A stretch of DNA of 63,484 bases, filler included, from Lenisia limosa (lineage: Eukaryota > Protista > Breviatea): assembly GCA_001655205.1 (NCBI GenBank). It is 10 parts of 10 records of this genome, joined end to end, with 100 filler letters (N's around TTAATTAATTAA, not from the genome) between each part and the next. Parts side by side here need not be neighbours in the genome. Positions count along the whole stretch, not along the records: positions 41,911 to 48,602 come from LPNZ01004492.1; positions 48,703 to 53,108 come from LPNZ01004223.1; positions 53,209 to 55,747 come from LPNZ01007915.1; positions 55,848 to 57,458 come from LPNZ01009057.1; positions 57,559 to 59,559 come from LPNZ01006286.1; positions 59,660 to 61,378 come from LPNZ01010198.1; 4 more parts are not named here. One strand, given 5' to 3'. Below, piece by piece: positions 41,811-60,685 of this stretch; within the stretch, counting starts at the first letter, position 1; each line of letters starts with the position of its first letter. The translations under genes were made by a program, and so were the position numbers. The notes under the pieces were generated by a model, which saw only the letters and a program-made list of their open reading frames with translations, ran no database searches and was not told the origin of the DNA.

Positions 41811-41910
41811 NNNNNNNNNNNNNNNNNNNNNNNNNNNNNNNNNNNNNNNNNNNNTTAATTAATTAANNNNNNNNNNNNNNNNNNNNNNNNNNNNNNNNNN
41901 NNNNNNNNNN

Positions 41911-47311
<5,401 letters not shown>

Positions 47312-48783
47312 CTTGTCCGTCTCAACACATGTTTATTGAGAATATATTGATATCCATAACGCCTACGTTCATCAGTCCACTATATTGGTAGCATGATGAT
47401 AACTTCTCTTTGTTGGCAATGATGATTTAGGTGTCGAAACGTAAGGGGCACCTCACCAAAGCTCACGTCAGCCTTGTTTAATGTTATGTTGTTGTACAGT
47501 AATGTCATGTATGTGTTATTTATTTGTTATGTATTATTTCGCTGTCATATGACGGGCTACGATTCAAATGTTTCTAGCACTGTGTGTCTAATAAGTAATT
47601 TCACCGACGAATGATGAGCAGGATCTAGTTTTCGTTCTTTGAGATTCCCTCCGCCTCTTCACGGGCAAGACTCTAGTGATACAATTTTTAAAAAACAACT
47701 AACCCAATANNNNNNNNNNNNNNNNNNNNNNNNNNNNNNNNNNNNNNNNNNNNNNNNNNNNNNNNNNNNNNNNNNNNNNNNNNNNNNNNNNNNNNNNNNN
47801 NNNNNNNNNNNNNNNNNNNNNNNNNNNNNNNNNNNNNNNNNNNNNNNNNNNNNNNNNNNNNNNNNNNNNNNNNNNNNNNNNNNNNNNNNNNNNNNNNNCA
47901 ACAGTATTAATTAACAGCAACCCTACTAAAGCAACAACAAAACAGTTCAATTTGAGAACCCTACAACAAAAACAACAATAGAATAATAGATGGAACCAAT
48001 AAGAAAACATTAACCTGTGGGAGTGGTGAGGGGGCTACTTCTGAAGCTCGAACGCTCTCATACTACAGAGTCAATACTGGCAGTTGGAGGGAGATACAAG
48101 AGGCGGGTACATAAAACAAAACAAAAAAACCGGGAACGTGACAAAGCTGCGAAAAAATAAGATGACTTGCGCTCTGTTTTAAAGGTTCAAGAGACCCCCC
48201 CTTCCCCCCAACAGACCTTGAGTAGAGTTGTCCACAAGTATCAAGAAGAGGATACGAGGAATCTAGAGAGATATCCGGACAATTGTTAACAACTGGAGGG
48301 GAGGGGATAAGATGCCAAAATATGACATTCTCAAATCCATAACGTCAAATTTAGTGCAACACGAAGGTTGATGAGTAAGCCACTCACTTAGGTTTTGGAG
48401 GGAGGCTGAATTGAGGTTTGAGAGCTGTAAAGATTAAAAGATTGTTTTACAATACCATCGTACAGCTTATGATATACTATACATACATAGTATATCACAC
48501 CGTCCATATATCTGTGAATTTTCCTTTATCTGTGATTTTTTTTTTACGGAAAATTTTGCTAAAAATATGGCATATAACTAAGAGAATTGTCATAACACTC
48601 TTNNNNNNNNNNNNNNNNNNNNNNNNNNNNNNNNNNNNNNNNNNNNTTAATTAATTAANNNNNNNNNNNNNNNNNNNNNNNNNNNNNNNNNNNNNNNNNN
48701 NNGGGGGAGTAAAAATGGACAATTTAAGAAACACACATATAAAACAAAACTATTGGCACGTTTCACCATTTTCTGTGACATAC

Positions 48784-51700
48784 CTGAGTTCTCTGAAAGC
48801 ACCGAATCGTTGTGCTTGCTTAGGCAGAATGCTCTCCCACTGTCCTCTGATGGCCAAATACTCCGATCTTAATGGTCATTTGAGATGTGGAAATGGGAAA
48901 CAAAACAAGGGAGCATTTGGCCAACTTCTTATGGATAAAATGATCTATTTTCCTAAAATTGGTGAGTTCTGTACCCCCCATTCCCCTCACCTTTTAGTGT
49001 GATTAATGCGGTCACGGTCTTTTTGAGTTGACTCCATGGGGTAGATCTCCAGCAGATGTTGCCATATCTCTGCCCTCACATCCTCTTCACATCCTGGGGG
49101 GGAGGTGGGGGACATAATTTCCCAAAACTAAAAAAGAGCAGCATCGACTTCTGAGAAGCACCAACCTCCAAAGCACATTCGTTCGCGGACTTTAGAGAGG
49201 TTGTCTTTTGAGATTCGGCCCTCTCCGTCAAAGAATCCCTCCCATTCCTAAAAAGGGTCAAAGAACAATACGGAATCAGAAAAGAGAACCAAATAAAACG
49301 GGATAAAACGCAACCTCTAGTTAAAGATAATAGAGGCTGTACCAGGGATATAGTATATACTCGAATCAAACCTCTCGGGTGACACTGCTCTGTGTTTCCG
49401 GCTCCGGAACTATAATGTCGGGCTTTGTAGGGGACTCCTCAGTCTCCACCACCACAAAATCATCATCTTGGCTTTCTGAACGTGTCAATCTTCTGCTACT
49501 AAAAACTGATTCTGCCCGTTTTTTGGTTATTTTGTGAATAATATCTCTAAAAATGTTTTTTTTTTAATATAAAAACAAACAGATACCCACCCACCCAACC
49601 TTCAGTTTTGATCACCTTCTTTCTGGTGCGCTTTTGGGGCTTCAGAAAGTTCAGGGCCCTGGGGTATCAGAAATAACAGGTAGGCTTCAATACGGTCCAA
49701 ATCAGTTCGTTAAAATATCGGTATGCTTCGGGGATATATGACAGTGACCGGAAAAGCCTTGATCGATTTGACTTCCCAAGGAAAATCGGTCAAGACTTAT
49801 CACGGTCATACACTATTGAGAAACATAGCCAATAAAGGCGAACAATGCTATAAATGAAATGTTCTACCTGACAGAGTCCCAATATTCGTTATTAAATATG
49901 ACAAGCGCTTAAAATAGGGATGCAGTGAACCACCACCAACTTGGCGTTTCCCGCACCCATAATGAAGTTCCTCGTGCCTCGGGTTAGGAACGACATAGAC
50001 TCAATAAAAACTCCTGGGGGGGGGGGGNNNNNNNNNNNNNNNNNNNNNNNNNNNNNNNNNNNNNNNNNNNNNNNNNNNNNNNNNNNNNNNNNNNNNNNNN
50101 NNNNNNNNNNNNNNNNNNNNNNCATTCCCTTATGTGATCAAAGATGTGGTATTTCCGTGTTTGGGGATTTATTGAGGTTTTATAACGAATTTCCCTAATT
50201 TATTGGTAATTGTATTAGGAGATTATGGACGCAAGCACTCACCAGGGCTGTCATCATTCCTGATCTCGGGGGGAGCAGAATTGGAATCACGCCGCGTGGG
50301 AATGGGAACTTTTTCATTGAATACCTGGGGTATAACTTGGGCATTTTGAAATATGTCAGGGTTTTCGAAATATTGTTGATAACTTTATCAGCCCTTTTGT
50401 TCCGAAATAGGGAAATTAGAACCAATATTGACGAGACATTTCCAAGCAAACATCAACAACGCTGAGAGTTAGATTATCTCTTATAGCAGGTGAGCGAATA
50501 CAATTAGAGGTCAGAACAACAATTTAAGCCTCTTTGTCCAATCCTATCCGGACCCATAAGATATCATAATCCGGACCCATAGTATATCATATCATATACT
50601 AGCTATCTTGTATATATCATGTAATATATCAGGGACCATAATACAATGTATCCGGACCCACCTTGAGCATGTTATTTGGGTCGGGGCGCACGGTGTGCTT
50701 ATTTGGGACATTGTCGTCTTCTGTCAGAGACATAACGCTTCCAATTGCCTTATATGGTAAGTGATGTTTTCGATTTTGTTTATCTTCATGGTTTCAAATT
50801 CCACTTTCACCCCTGATAACTTTGACCCTCATTACTTTAATATGATTCATATATCATACAGAGCCCCTATAGCACAAATACGCACATTGGTCGCTACAAC
50901 CCCCCCCCCCCNNNNNNNNNNNNNNNNNNNNNNNNNNNNNNNNNNNNNNNNNNNNNNNNNNNNNNNNNNNNNNNNNNNNNNNNNNNNNNNNNNNNNNNNN
51001 NNNNNNNNNNNNNNNNNNNNNNNNNNNNNNNNNNNNNNNNNNNNNNNNNNNNNNNNNNNNNNNNNNNNNNNCCCAAAAAGACTGATTTCTCGATAAATCC
51101 TCGATAAATATCGATATTTGACCGGCGTTTATGGACAGTAGGGATATCCGTAATACCCTACTTTAATGAATTCCGGGGCGCCGCCGGAGTGGAAGTGTAG
51201 GTTGGGCATGGATATTCCGTCAAAGGTCTGGATGGAGACTCTGCTGTGGCCTAAATGAGAGTGAGAATGTGCTGAAAGTCGTAATGCAGCATTCAATTCA
51301 CTTATTGATTATTTTATTTTGGCCCATTTCAATTCACTTATTGATTTTTTTTGGGATTACCCCCCCCCCCCCCNNNNNNNNNNNNNNNNNNNNNNNNNNN
51401 NNNNNNNNNNNNNNNNNNNNNNNNNNNNNNNNNNNNNNNNNNNNNNNNNNNNNNNNNNNNNNNNNNNNNNNNNNNNNNNNACCACGAAGGTGTAGTCCAT
51501 TTTGGAGTCTGGCGTGACTGCTCCGGTAATGGAGTCGTAGGGCATGACTTTCCACTGGATGTAGCCCGTAGTACCCCGACACTATAAGGTAAGAACGCCC
51601 TTTCCATGATGGGGGTACAATGGGATTTTGGTTTGGAAGAAAAATGGAGTGAATCTTTTGTCGCCTTTACAACAATACATCACCCTCATATCTCCCTTCA

Positions 51701-52115
51701 AAGCAAGAAGAAACCTCATTAAAGTAATATATAACATCATATTCCCTTAAAACAATGAAAAAACCTCATATATTCCTTGAAAGCAATATGAAAAACACAC
51801 AGTAAGAGATGTGTAGAAATTCAATCCAACATAACAATGGCCAAAAATGGGAAGAGTAGGTGGGGTATTTCAAGAAACAACCACAAAAAACCCCTCCAAC
51901 GTATCTTAACAAATAAAGTTTCGATAATTGGAGTATGAAAGCGAAAGAAGAAGCAAAATCGCCCCAGCTCCCACCTTACCTGTAAAGTCAGGGAGAGCGT
52001 TCCGCTGATCGATTCTGACGGCGACTGCTGTATGCTAACATCCTCCTTTTCGTAGAGAACGCAAGAAGAGTCCTGGGAGGGATGATGAGTAACTAGATTG
52101 GCCTACCCCCATCAT
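48784..52115 (-). CDS. TBC-domain Rab GAP, TBC1D15/TBC1D17/Gyp7-like (3' partial)
   Basis: N-terminal VLYEKEDVSIQ..ISGTLSL, DGISMPNLHFHSGG, then VRAEIWQHLLEIYPMEST and EYLAIRGQWESI, matching the TBC1D15-family pattern (LHFH; WxxLLxxYPxxST; EYxxxxxQW). Confidence 0.8.
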
Positions 52116-52455
52116 ATATTCGAGCTGGTTTCCAAAAAGTTAAATATATACACAAGTGATACACAAGTTTCCTTTTTTTTTTTTACTATTCGATGAAAAA
52201 GAGCCAACGCAGGAAAAGAAAAAGAAAAGATATATCCGTGAATTCAGCCATGGGGTGTATAGGTCTTCCTTATACTACCCATGGCGGATAGCGTTGTCAT
52301 TAGACAGTGACTAGAGCATTAGAGCGAATATATTTAGTTGTATAGTCTGAAATATAAAGGTTTTAGAACGATTACTGAGAGAAAAGTCGGCAACAAGAGG
52401 ATATTAGCCTTCTCAAGCGCTGCGTTTGGCATCGTCCATTTGCACACGTCACATA

Positions 52456-52920
52456 ATGGCGATGAAAGCATGTATTGTCGTACTGCTTGTAGTTCAGATC
52501 CTTACAGTGTAGGTTCACGCCTTATTCATAGTATCTTCCTGATTGGCTTTTTCAAACTGTCCTTTTTTTTTAATAGCAACATGAGCCTACGTGAACGTTT
52601 TGATTTTTTGATTCGTATCTTTACATAAACAACGTTGTGTTTTTTCTCTGTAAAAGCGAACCTATTGTTTTCTCTCATTCCAAAACATATCTTCTCATCT
52701 TGCAGCTACGGTATTTCCATCAGCCCTGAGGGACTGCTTCAAGGCGTACGCTTCGTCAATGAAACTGCCAATGCGGCGGCGGTGAGACAGGTATGCAGAG
52801 GGGAGGTCAAGCTATTGCCTTCAATTCTGAAGGATTATGGTTAAACCCCGGCTTTAGGATGAACACCAGGCAGCTCTTTCACTTGTTGAAGCACAGGCAG
52901 CTCTCATCGCATCAATGCAG
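52456..52920 (+). CDS. Hypothetical secreted protein (3' partial)
   Basis: MAMKACIVVLLVVQILT signal-like start, then exons YGISISPEGLLQGVRFVNETANAAAVRQ|DEHQAALSLVEAQAALIASMQ. Confidence 0.4.
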
Positions 52921-53258
52921 GTATATCTGCGGATTCTAATTTCTACATACTATGGTCGAATATTTAGATTACATATTTGTGTCATTTCAACGCAAAGTGG
53001 TCACAACATTTAATGCGTTTAGGAGCAAATTGACTCTCTCAATAAGGTTGCTGGGGAGGCACGCAGAAAGCTGTGTGCACAGAGTTGTAAGGCAAATGAT
53101 TGGGTGAANNNNNNNNNNNNNNNNNNNNNNNNNNNNNNNNNNNNNNNNNNNNTTAATTAATTAANNNNNNNNNNNNNNNNNNNNNNNNNNNNNNNNNNNN
53201 NNNNNNNNGGTCGTGTGGATGGTGGAACCGCTGCAACGACTCAGGTGGGGGATATATA

Positions 53259-53336
53259 CAGTGACCAGTGTAAGTCTTGACCGATTTTCCTTGGGAAATC
53301 TTATTGCAAATCAATCAAAACTTATCCCGGTCACTG
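53259..53336. mobile_element. MITE family B copy
   Basis: ta-cagtgaccagtgtaagtcttgaccgatt...acttatcccggtcactg, 78 bp. Confidence 0.88.
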
Positions 53337-53650
53337 TTATATAGAGATGAGAAAAAACACAAAGTTGTATCTGGCAGAGATGTTGTATTGTAGTATAATA
53401 TAATTTACCAATTTATCAGTATGGATATAGCTGGGAGGGGGTGTTTTCTTAAGCGATTGATGATTTGACACATAATCGTTTTCCTTTTTTTTTTGTTTTG
53501 TTCATATATTTTCTATGCTGCAGAGGAGACTGTCCTGGGCTTTGTTTGTTTTGTTNNNNNNNNNNNNNNNNNNNNNNNNNNNNNNNNNNNNNNNNNNNNN
53601 NNNNNNNNNNTTGTTTCATAAATTATCCAATTTTACCCCCCCTCCGCCAG

Positions 53651-54178
53651 GGTCATGGCAACCATAGTCGAGTCAGTAAGCAATCTCCGTGGTGGCGCCC
53701 TCCTCTCTGTTCTGGCTAAACTAAAACTAAATGGTGATCCGGCCGTGACGGCGGCAGTTCAGTTCACTTTATTGAAGGTGGGAGGAGGTTCAATTCAGTT
53801 TATTGAAGGTGTTGGGGAGTTCAGTTCAATTTAGTTCAGTTCAGTTCAGTTCAGTTAACCTTGTTGAGGGGGGGATCAGCTCTCTTGGAATAGCAAAAAT
53901 CTAGTAAAGATTACGGTGGTTTATTGAATGAATGACGTATACATATACTACCTCACATAAAATGGTGTTTTTGGGAGTTAATTGCCCCTTGTTTTGAGGA
54001 GGCAGTGTTCCACTTCATTTGCCCCTGCACCCCCATCTCTACTCATATTAATCCCACCTCACACCCTCAGGCCTCCCAGCCCTTCTTCCACCTCCTCAAA
54101 CAATGGGTCAGCACAGGCACTTTGTCAGACCCGCATTCCGAGTTCTTCATTGCCGAGAAGAAGCCACAGAAGAGTCTG
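53651..54178 (+). CDS. Gamma-tubulin complex component (Spc97/Spc98, GCP2/GCP3-like), internal fragment
   Basis: MATIVESVSNLRGGALLSVLAKLKLNGDPAV...|ASQPFFHLLKQWVSTGTLSDPHSEFFI matches the GRIP1 GG.L...GDP and P...L..W...G.L.DP..EFF motifs. Confidence 0.82.
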
Positions 54179-55421
54179 GGGGGGGGGGGGNNNNNNNNNN
54201 NNNNNNNNNNNNNNNNNNNNNNNNNNNNNNNNNNNNNNNNNNNNNNNNNNNNNNNNNNNNNNNNNNNNNNNNNNNNNNNNNNNNNNNNNGACAGTGTAGG
54301 AGGTGACGGACACCTTTTTGTATATACAATGCATATCATATCATAGTATAGTATATCGATCGATATGTAGTTGTAGTATAATATACATGTATGTATAATA
54401 TATAATATAGTTAGAATTAATATTATTCTATTCTCCAATATCGCTTATAAGCGTGATGATGTGGACGGCTTCGGCGAGATACAACCTTATTTTTTATTTC
54501 TCATTGCTATAATATACGTATATGATATACTATATTTATATAATAAATATACACACCGTCCAGTAATATGTGAAATTTTAGATATGTGTGAAAAGTGTTT
54601 AAATTCTTATTTTCATGATTTTCCCATAGATCTGACACTATTCTATTGCTCTGAGCGTGTCATGTAATTATTTTTTTTTGAAAAAAGCTCAACAACTCTA
54701 ACTGTTTTTATCCTTAAAAATTGTCAAAAACTAAAAAGATGGTTAGTGAAACAGTATATGTCATGTACTAATATTTATTATACTATAATCTAGTGTCTCT
54801 TATAAGCATGATGGTGTGTACGGCTTGGGCCAGGTCCAAGCTTGTTTAATTTCTTATCTCTGATGGTCTTTATTTTGCGTAATAACTTTTTAGTCTGCAA
54901 GCAAAATATGGACTGAAATATTCCAAATAAGGAAGTCCATGATTCCATCCTTCGTCTCGCAGGAAACTGTGGATATGGCACTCGGTATCGGAAAGGTCAG
55001 TGGGACTTGCCTCTTTTGGAGTGTTATTCTTATGCGACTTGACTCTTTTTGGTATTTTAATTTTATTCTATCTTGTGTACTTGTACTTGATTTGGAAGGA
55101 GTTGCATGTTGACCTGATTTTTAAATATATTTATTGTTCTTTCAAAATGAAGAGCTGATGGGGTACTTTTCAATCCCATCTTGATAATCGTAGACAATCA
55201 ACTTCATCCGGATGGCTTGTTTTGACTCATCCGATCCTGATGCGGAGGAGGTGGAGGCCCTCAAAGCAATACAACGTGGGGGTGGGGAGTCTACCTCCGA
55301 CTTAAATGAGGTGTGAATGGCTTTCCAGATGAAACCAATTTGTTTTTATCATTTCTACATCTCATTTTTATTGGAGAAGGCGAATCATTATTACTATGTC
55401 ATCATATTAATATCTAAAATT

Positions 55422-55575
55422 TAGCAATGAGAAATAAAAAAAATAAGGTAGTATCTGGCCCACACAACGCTTATAAGAGATATTGGATGATAGAATAATA
55501 TTAATTCACCCAATCATTTGCCTTACAACTCTGTACACACAGCTTCTGCGTGCCTCCCCAGCGTACATTATTTTT
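55422..55575 (-). repeat. Interspersed repeat family C (about 150 bp), near-complete copy; other copies at 15049-15092, 22148-22223, 53041-53108, 54414-54509, 54797-54835, 56502-56618 and 62351-62385
   Basis: Shared blocks gctggggaggcacgcagaaagctgtgtgcacagagttgtaaggcaaatgattgggtgaattaat and ttataagcgtgatggtgtggacggct..gatacaaccttatttttt.atttctcattg occur contiguously at 55422-55575 and 56502-56618. Confidence 0.85.
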
Positions 55576-57649
55576 AATATGAAATTATGGTCTATTATCA
55601 ATTTCAGTTTGGATATCTACTACATTGTATGTAACCGAAGTGAAGCCCTAATTATCCCTAACAATGCAGGCGGGTCCTTCCAGGAGCCCGAGGCTCTTTC
55701 TGTGGCACTCAAGGCACTTTTCATCGCCTCCTCCGCAAGGCTAATTCNNNNNNNNNNNNNNNNNNNNNNNNNNNNNNNNNNNNNNNNNNNNTTAATTAAT
55801 TAANNNNNNNNNNNNNNNNNNNNNNNNNNNNNNNNNNNNNNNNNNNNTCCCCCACTTGAGAAGGCGTGAGGTGTAGATCTCGAGCATTTCAGAGAGCATA
55901 GACTTCCAGCCTTGAATGTTGGCCTGTTTCTGCCAAGGTTAGTGTATTTTCAATAAGGTCCCCCTGAGAATTAAGGATCATCTGCATTGTTGCAAGATGT
56001 ATTTTTTTTTCGGACGTCAACTGAACTAGCCTCATAAAGATCAGGCTACTGTACAACAAAGAGACTTGCATCAGAAAATGACAGAAACAGGTAACTGGGG
56101 GGGGGGGGNNNNNNNNNNNNNNNNNNNNNNNNNNNNNNNNNNNNNNNNNNNNNNNNNNNNNNNNNNNNNNNNNNNNNNNNNNNNNNNNNNNNNNNNNNNN
56201 NNNNNNNNNNNNNNNNNNNNNNNNNNNNAAATATTGATATTTATCAAGGATTTATCAGAGAAATTCAGACTCTTTTTGAGCCGAAGTAAAGCCCTACATA
56301 CAATCCAAAAAGGAGCCTCCGCAAACCTCCAGAACCGGGCGAATGGACTCGTAGATTTCCTTGAGGTGCGCAGGGTCCCCAGATGCGAGAGCGATAAGGG
56401 GGTTGAGAATGTCTAAGTGGGCTTGGAATGGCGCTGGAGGGCAGGGGGTTAAATAGAAAAAAAATGTTGATGAACAATATATGATATCATATCGAGATGT
56501 TAAAAAACAAAGGTTATATTTGACCGAAGCCGTCCACATCATCACAATTACAATAAAACATTAATTCACCCAATCATTTGCCATACAACTCTGTGCACAT
56601 ACCTTTCTGAGTGCCAACATAGGGATACCATAAACAAAACTAGCGTTCTACCACCCCCTCCCCCTCCTCACATTGATTGTTGTTTGCAATTGCTTCTTCT
56701 AAGGAATTTTCCACCTGGAGCGTTAGCACCAGGTTAATAATTGGGTTAAATCAGGGGTGGGTTAAGGGAGTAAAATTGGACAAAAAAGCCAAATCAACTC
56801 TGTTGCTGACAACACACGAGGGTTGATAACAACAAAAGAAAAGGTATTTGACAAAACCTCCATATCAGCATATTTTAAGTTACTTCACGCTTTGCTTGGA
56901 TCAAGAAGACAATGGAAAAAAAAATGAAAAAAAACACCCCTCCCTCCAAACAGTTTGTTCTGGCGCGCTTCCTCCCAAGGCCTGAGCAAACGATGACATC
57001 AGGTTGTTGAAGAATGAACCTCCACCGTCAGAGGCTGCGGAAAATGAATATGGAGGAGGGAGAAAATCAATAACAATAATAATAATAAATAAACAAAATT
57101 ATGGTATGGTAATTTGTTGATGGTATCTAGATTTCTACTGTATTATTTCTCTTGTTCAAAAAAAGATGAATATCAATGTATTTATTGCAAAATAATGCCC
57201 GTCATCACCACCACCATCATCAACAACATCATTATCATCAACATATCGACAGTTAAGCATGCTATAGCACAACATAGTATCTGATCATTGCCCCTATTAC
57301 ACCTCCCACCATCAGGCCCAGGTCCAGTGCCAAACACCACGTCCATCACGGAGCCATCCGCATTGGTCACTGTACGTCTGCCGTTCTGGCCCCCCGAAAA
57401 TAGGCCGTTGAAGATCTCGGAAATGGGCTGGTTGGTTATTACGGCTTCCCTACAGTCCNNNNNNNNNNNNNNNNNNNNNNNNNNNNNNNNNNNNNNNNNN
57501 NNTTAATTAATTAANNNNNNNNNNNNNNNNNNNNNNNNNNNNNNNNNNNNNNNNNNNNGAAGATTTATCGAGAAATCCAGTCTTTTTTCGAACCGAAGTG
57601 AAGCCCTCCCCTATCAAATTCTCAAGATCCCCCCCCCCCCCATCTACTA

Positions 57650-59500
57650 AAGGTTACCTTTCGGTTCCGGTTCCAGGTTAATCTGAACCGAAACATTGTT
57701 TTTGATGAAGAACCGGAATTTACACGCTGTAATCCCTCCTACCTGTATGTTATCCAAATCTTCTTCGACTGGCATGTCTTTGCCCGAAGCTGTAGCCTCA
57801 ATGTAAACAATGAGGGCGATGAACAGAATATTACCACAAAGCAGAACGAGCACCACTGCTGTCCACAGGTCGCGGTATTGCGTGCTCACGGATTTCTGAG
57901 GGGGTCAGTTTGAAATCAATATATTTTTTTTAACAAGAGAACTAATATAATACAGAGAAATCTAGGGAAACAAATATTTAGAATAATATGAAATTGGTGC
58001 TCACGGATTTCTGAAGGGGTGAGTGGAATATCGCTATAATATCGATATTTTTCGAGGATTTTTAGAGAAATTCAGGAATCCCCTATTGTCTTATTTTATC
58101 AAAAGGCAATAATAAATATGTTAATAATTAAACCCCCACTCCCCCACGTCATTAAACACAAGGCCGGCCAAGAGAGTGCCAGCGTTGACCAAAAGTCCCA
58201 TTGAATCCAGGGTAGTGAGCCGAGGCGACAGGTAGGGTCGGAACCGCTCGTTTGCGAAGAGAGAACAACTCAGAAATCCGAGACAGAGTGCTACCTGGGG
58301 GAGTGAATCAAAATAAATAAAAAGGGATAGTTGTTATAAAATAGATCAACAAAAAAGAGTTGGAATTTGTGTTTGTGTATGTTGGGGGATGTAAGGCAAA
58401 GAAAGATATTTCAATATGTAAGTGGCGAAGAGGGAACAACTCTGGAATCTGAGACNNNNNNNNNNNNNNNNNNNNNNNNNNNNNNNNNNNNNNNNNNNNN
58501 NNNNNNNNNNNNNNNNNNNNNNNNNNNNNNNNNNNNNNNNNNNNNNNNNNNNNNNNNNNNNNNNNNNNNNNNNNNNNNNNNNNNNNNNNNNNNNNNNNNN
58601 NNNNNNNNNNNNNNNNNNNNNNNNNNNNNNNNNNNNNNNNNNNNNNNNNCCACATCGCTGTTTCGTCCTTATAGCGACTGTGGAGAAATCCAGTCCTAGG
58701 GGGGGGGGGTGAGTAAAATCAACAACAATAGCCCATTGAAATGAAAAAAAAAAATGATGAAACAAATGAGCAGTAATGGGTAAGTATCTTTAGAAATTCC
58801 GTCCCATATACTACATACAATATCATATTACACGATATAATTAGGGCTTCCCTGCGGTCCCAGAAACTGAATTTATCGATAATTCCTCGATAAATATTGA
58901 TATTTTAAAGGTCTTTTTCGGACCGAAGGGAAGCCCTAGATATAACACTCCCCTCTCTCACTTAGCGAACACGCGCGGTCGATAGAGCTTCTCCCGTCTC
59001 ATGATGATGAAGAAGGCCACAGCTGCCGGAATGAAGATTACGTAAGCAACCACGCCGATAAGGACGTATATCATGAATGCTTTGTGGTCGGANNNNNNNN
59101 NNNNNNNNNNNNNNNNNNNNNNNNNNNNNNNNNNNNNNNNNNNNNNNNNNNNNNNNNNNNNNNNNNNNNNNNNNNNNNNNNNNNNNNNNNNNNNNNNNNN
59201 NNNNNNNNNNNNNNNNNNNNNNNNNNNNNNNNNNNNNNNNNNNNNNNNNNNNNNNNNNNNNNNNNNNNNNNNNNNNNNNNNNNNNNNNNNNNNNNNNNNN
59301 NNNNNNNNNNNNNNNNNNNNNNNNNNNNNNNNNNACTCTGTTGGTTAAAAATCTCTCCTCCATATAACATTACTAACCCTCCCACCCGCATCAAGTGTCC
59401 ATACACCGTCCTCCTGTTTTGTGCAGTCGAAGTACTCGAGGACAAACCACGAGATCGGGATGTAGAGCATTACCATTAGGAGGAAGAAGGACCGTATTGC
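57650..59500 (-). CDS. Large protist-type multi-pass membrane protein, C-terminal TM region (fragment)
   Basis: Ordered exons LYIPISWFVLEYFDCTKQEDGVWTLDA; SDHKAFMIYVLIGVVAYVIFIPAAVAFFIMRREKLYRP; FRPYLSPRLTTLDSMGLLVNAGTLLAGLVFND; RDLWTAVVLVLLCGNILFIALIVYI. This is typical of the F.C...L...C...H 7TM-like tail of giant protist membrane proteins. Confidence 0.6.
58842..58938. mobile_element. MITE family A copy; partial copies also at about 23338-23400, 41045-41118, 51072-51125, 55633-55650, 56230-56296, 57560-57607 and 58028-58085
   Basis: tagggcttccctgcggtcc...ggaccgaagggaagcccta. The partial copies share the core and/or one TIR. Confidence 0.85.
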
Positions 59501-60194
59501 CGCATGTTTCATGGCCTTGTGGACGGGGACCTGGGAGTGAAAATTGTGATTTTGGTGCGNNNNNNNNNNNNNNNNNNNNNNNNNNNNNNNNNNNNNNNNN
59601 NNNTTAATTAATTAANNNNNNNNNNNNNNNNNNNNNNNNNNNNNNNNNNNNNNNNNNNNAGTGTTGTCTTGAAAACAGAAAAATTCAATAACGCGAGTTA
59701 TCAATAATCCCCCCCCCCCAGGCCGGACAGTTATGGAAAATGCAATTGCGTCAGGCAACTCTGCAGCTGTACGGGCGCTGAAGCTCTTCGGCGGCCGGCT
59801 GACAGCCACCAGCAGCATGATGTCCCTGCTGTCCCCGGGAGGAACCCCGATGTCGTCAGCTTACTGTGGGTGGTATTCGCAACTCAATCACTGAAAGGCT
59901 TTGTTCGGATTTTTAGTGGGAATGCATGACGCCTGTTGATAGGTCTCACNNNNNNNNNNNNNNNNNNNNNNNNNNNNNNNNNNNNNNNNNNNNNNNNNNN
60001 NNNNNNNNNNNNNNNNNNNNNNNNNNNNNNNNNNNNNNNNNNNNNNNNNNNNNNNNNNNNNNNNNNNNNNNNNNNNNNNNNNNNNNNNNNNNNNNNNNNN
60101 NNNNNTCCCGCGCGTCTGCAATGACCACGTGGGGACTATCGAAGAAATGTTACATCTATATAATATGTTAATATTACATCTATATATATATACC

Positions 60195-60290
60195 ATGTAA
60201 ATGTTACATCTAGTATACACTATACACCATGTAAATGTTACATCTAGTATACACTATACACCATGTAAATGTTACATCAATACACCATGT
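60195..60290. repeat. 34-bp tandem repeat (atgtaaatgttacatctagtatacactatacacc)
   Basis: Two perfect copies plus partial copies. Confidence 0.85.
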
Positions 60291-60685
60291 AATATAGTTG
60301 TCAATAATGATAGTATGATATACTGACAATCTAGGGCAAGCACAGCCGAAGAAGTAGCGGCGGCGGAGGCGGAGGCAATGGGATGGTCGGGGCTTGCTGC
60401 AGCGTTATTGGAACCCTCTATTGACTTTGGCTGGCAACTGCTGGAGGTGGGGGCTTTGACTAAATACCGGGGTCCAAGAGAGATCTTCTGTTCTTGACTA
60501 CCATTAATAAGGATTGAGTGAATACTATTGTGCTATAAACAGTATCTTTGATAAATCAATACGATATTCTTGTCTCATAAACAGTCTCCATGAACATGAT
60601 GGTGTGGACGTGTTTCTATGACGGTTTTATCCCGACCCATTTCCAAATATGAGAAGGTCCTTGAACTGACAGTACTAGGATGCAG

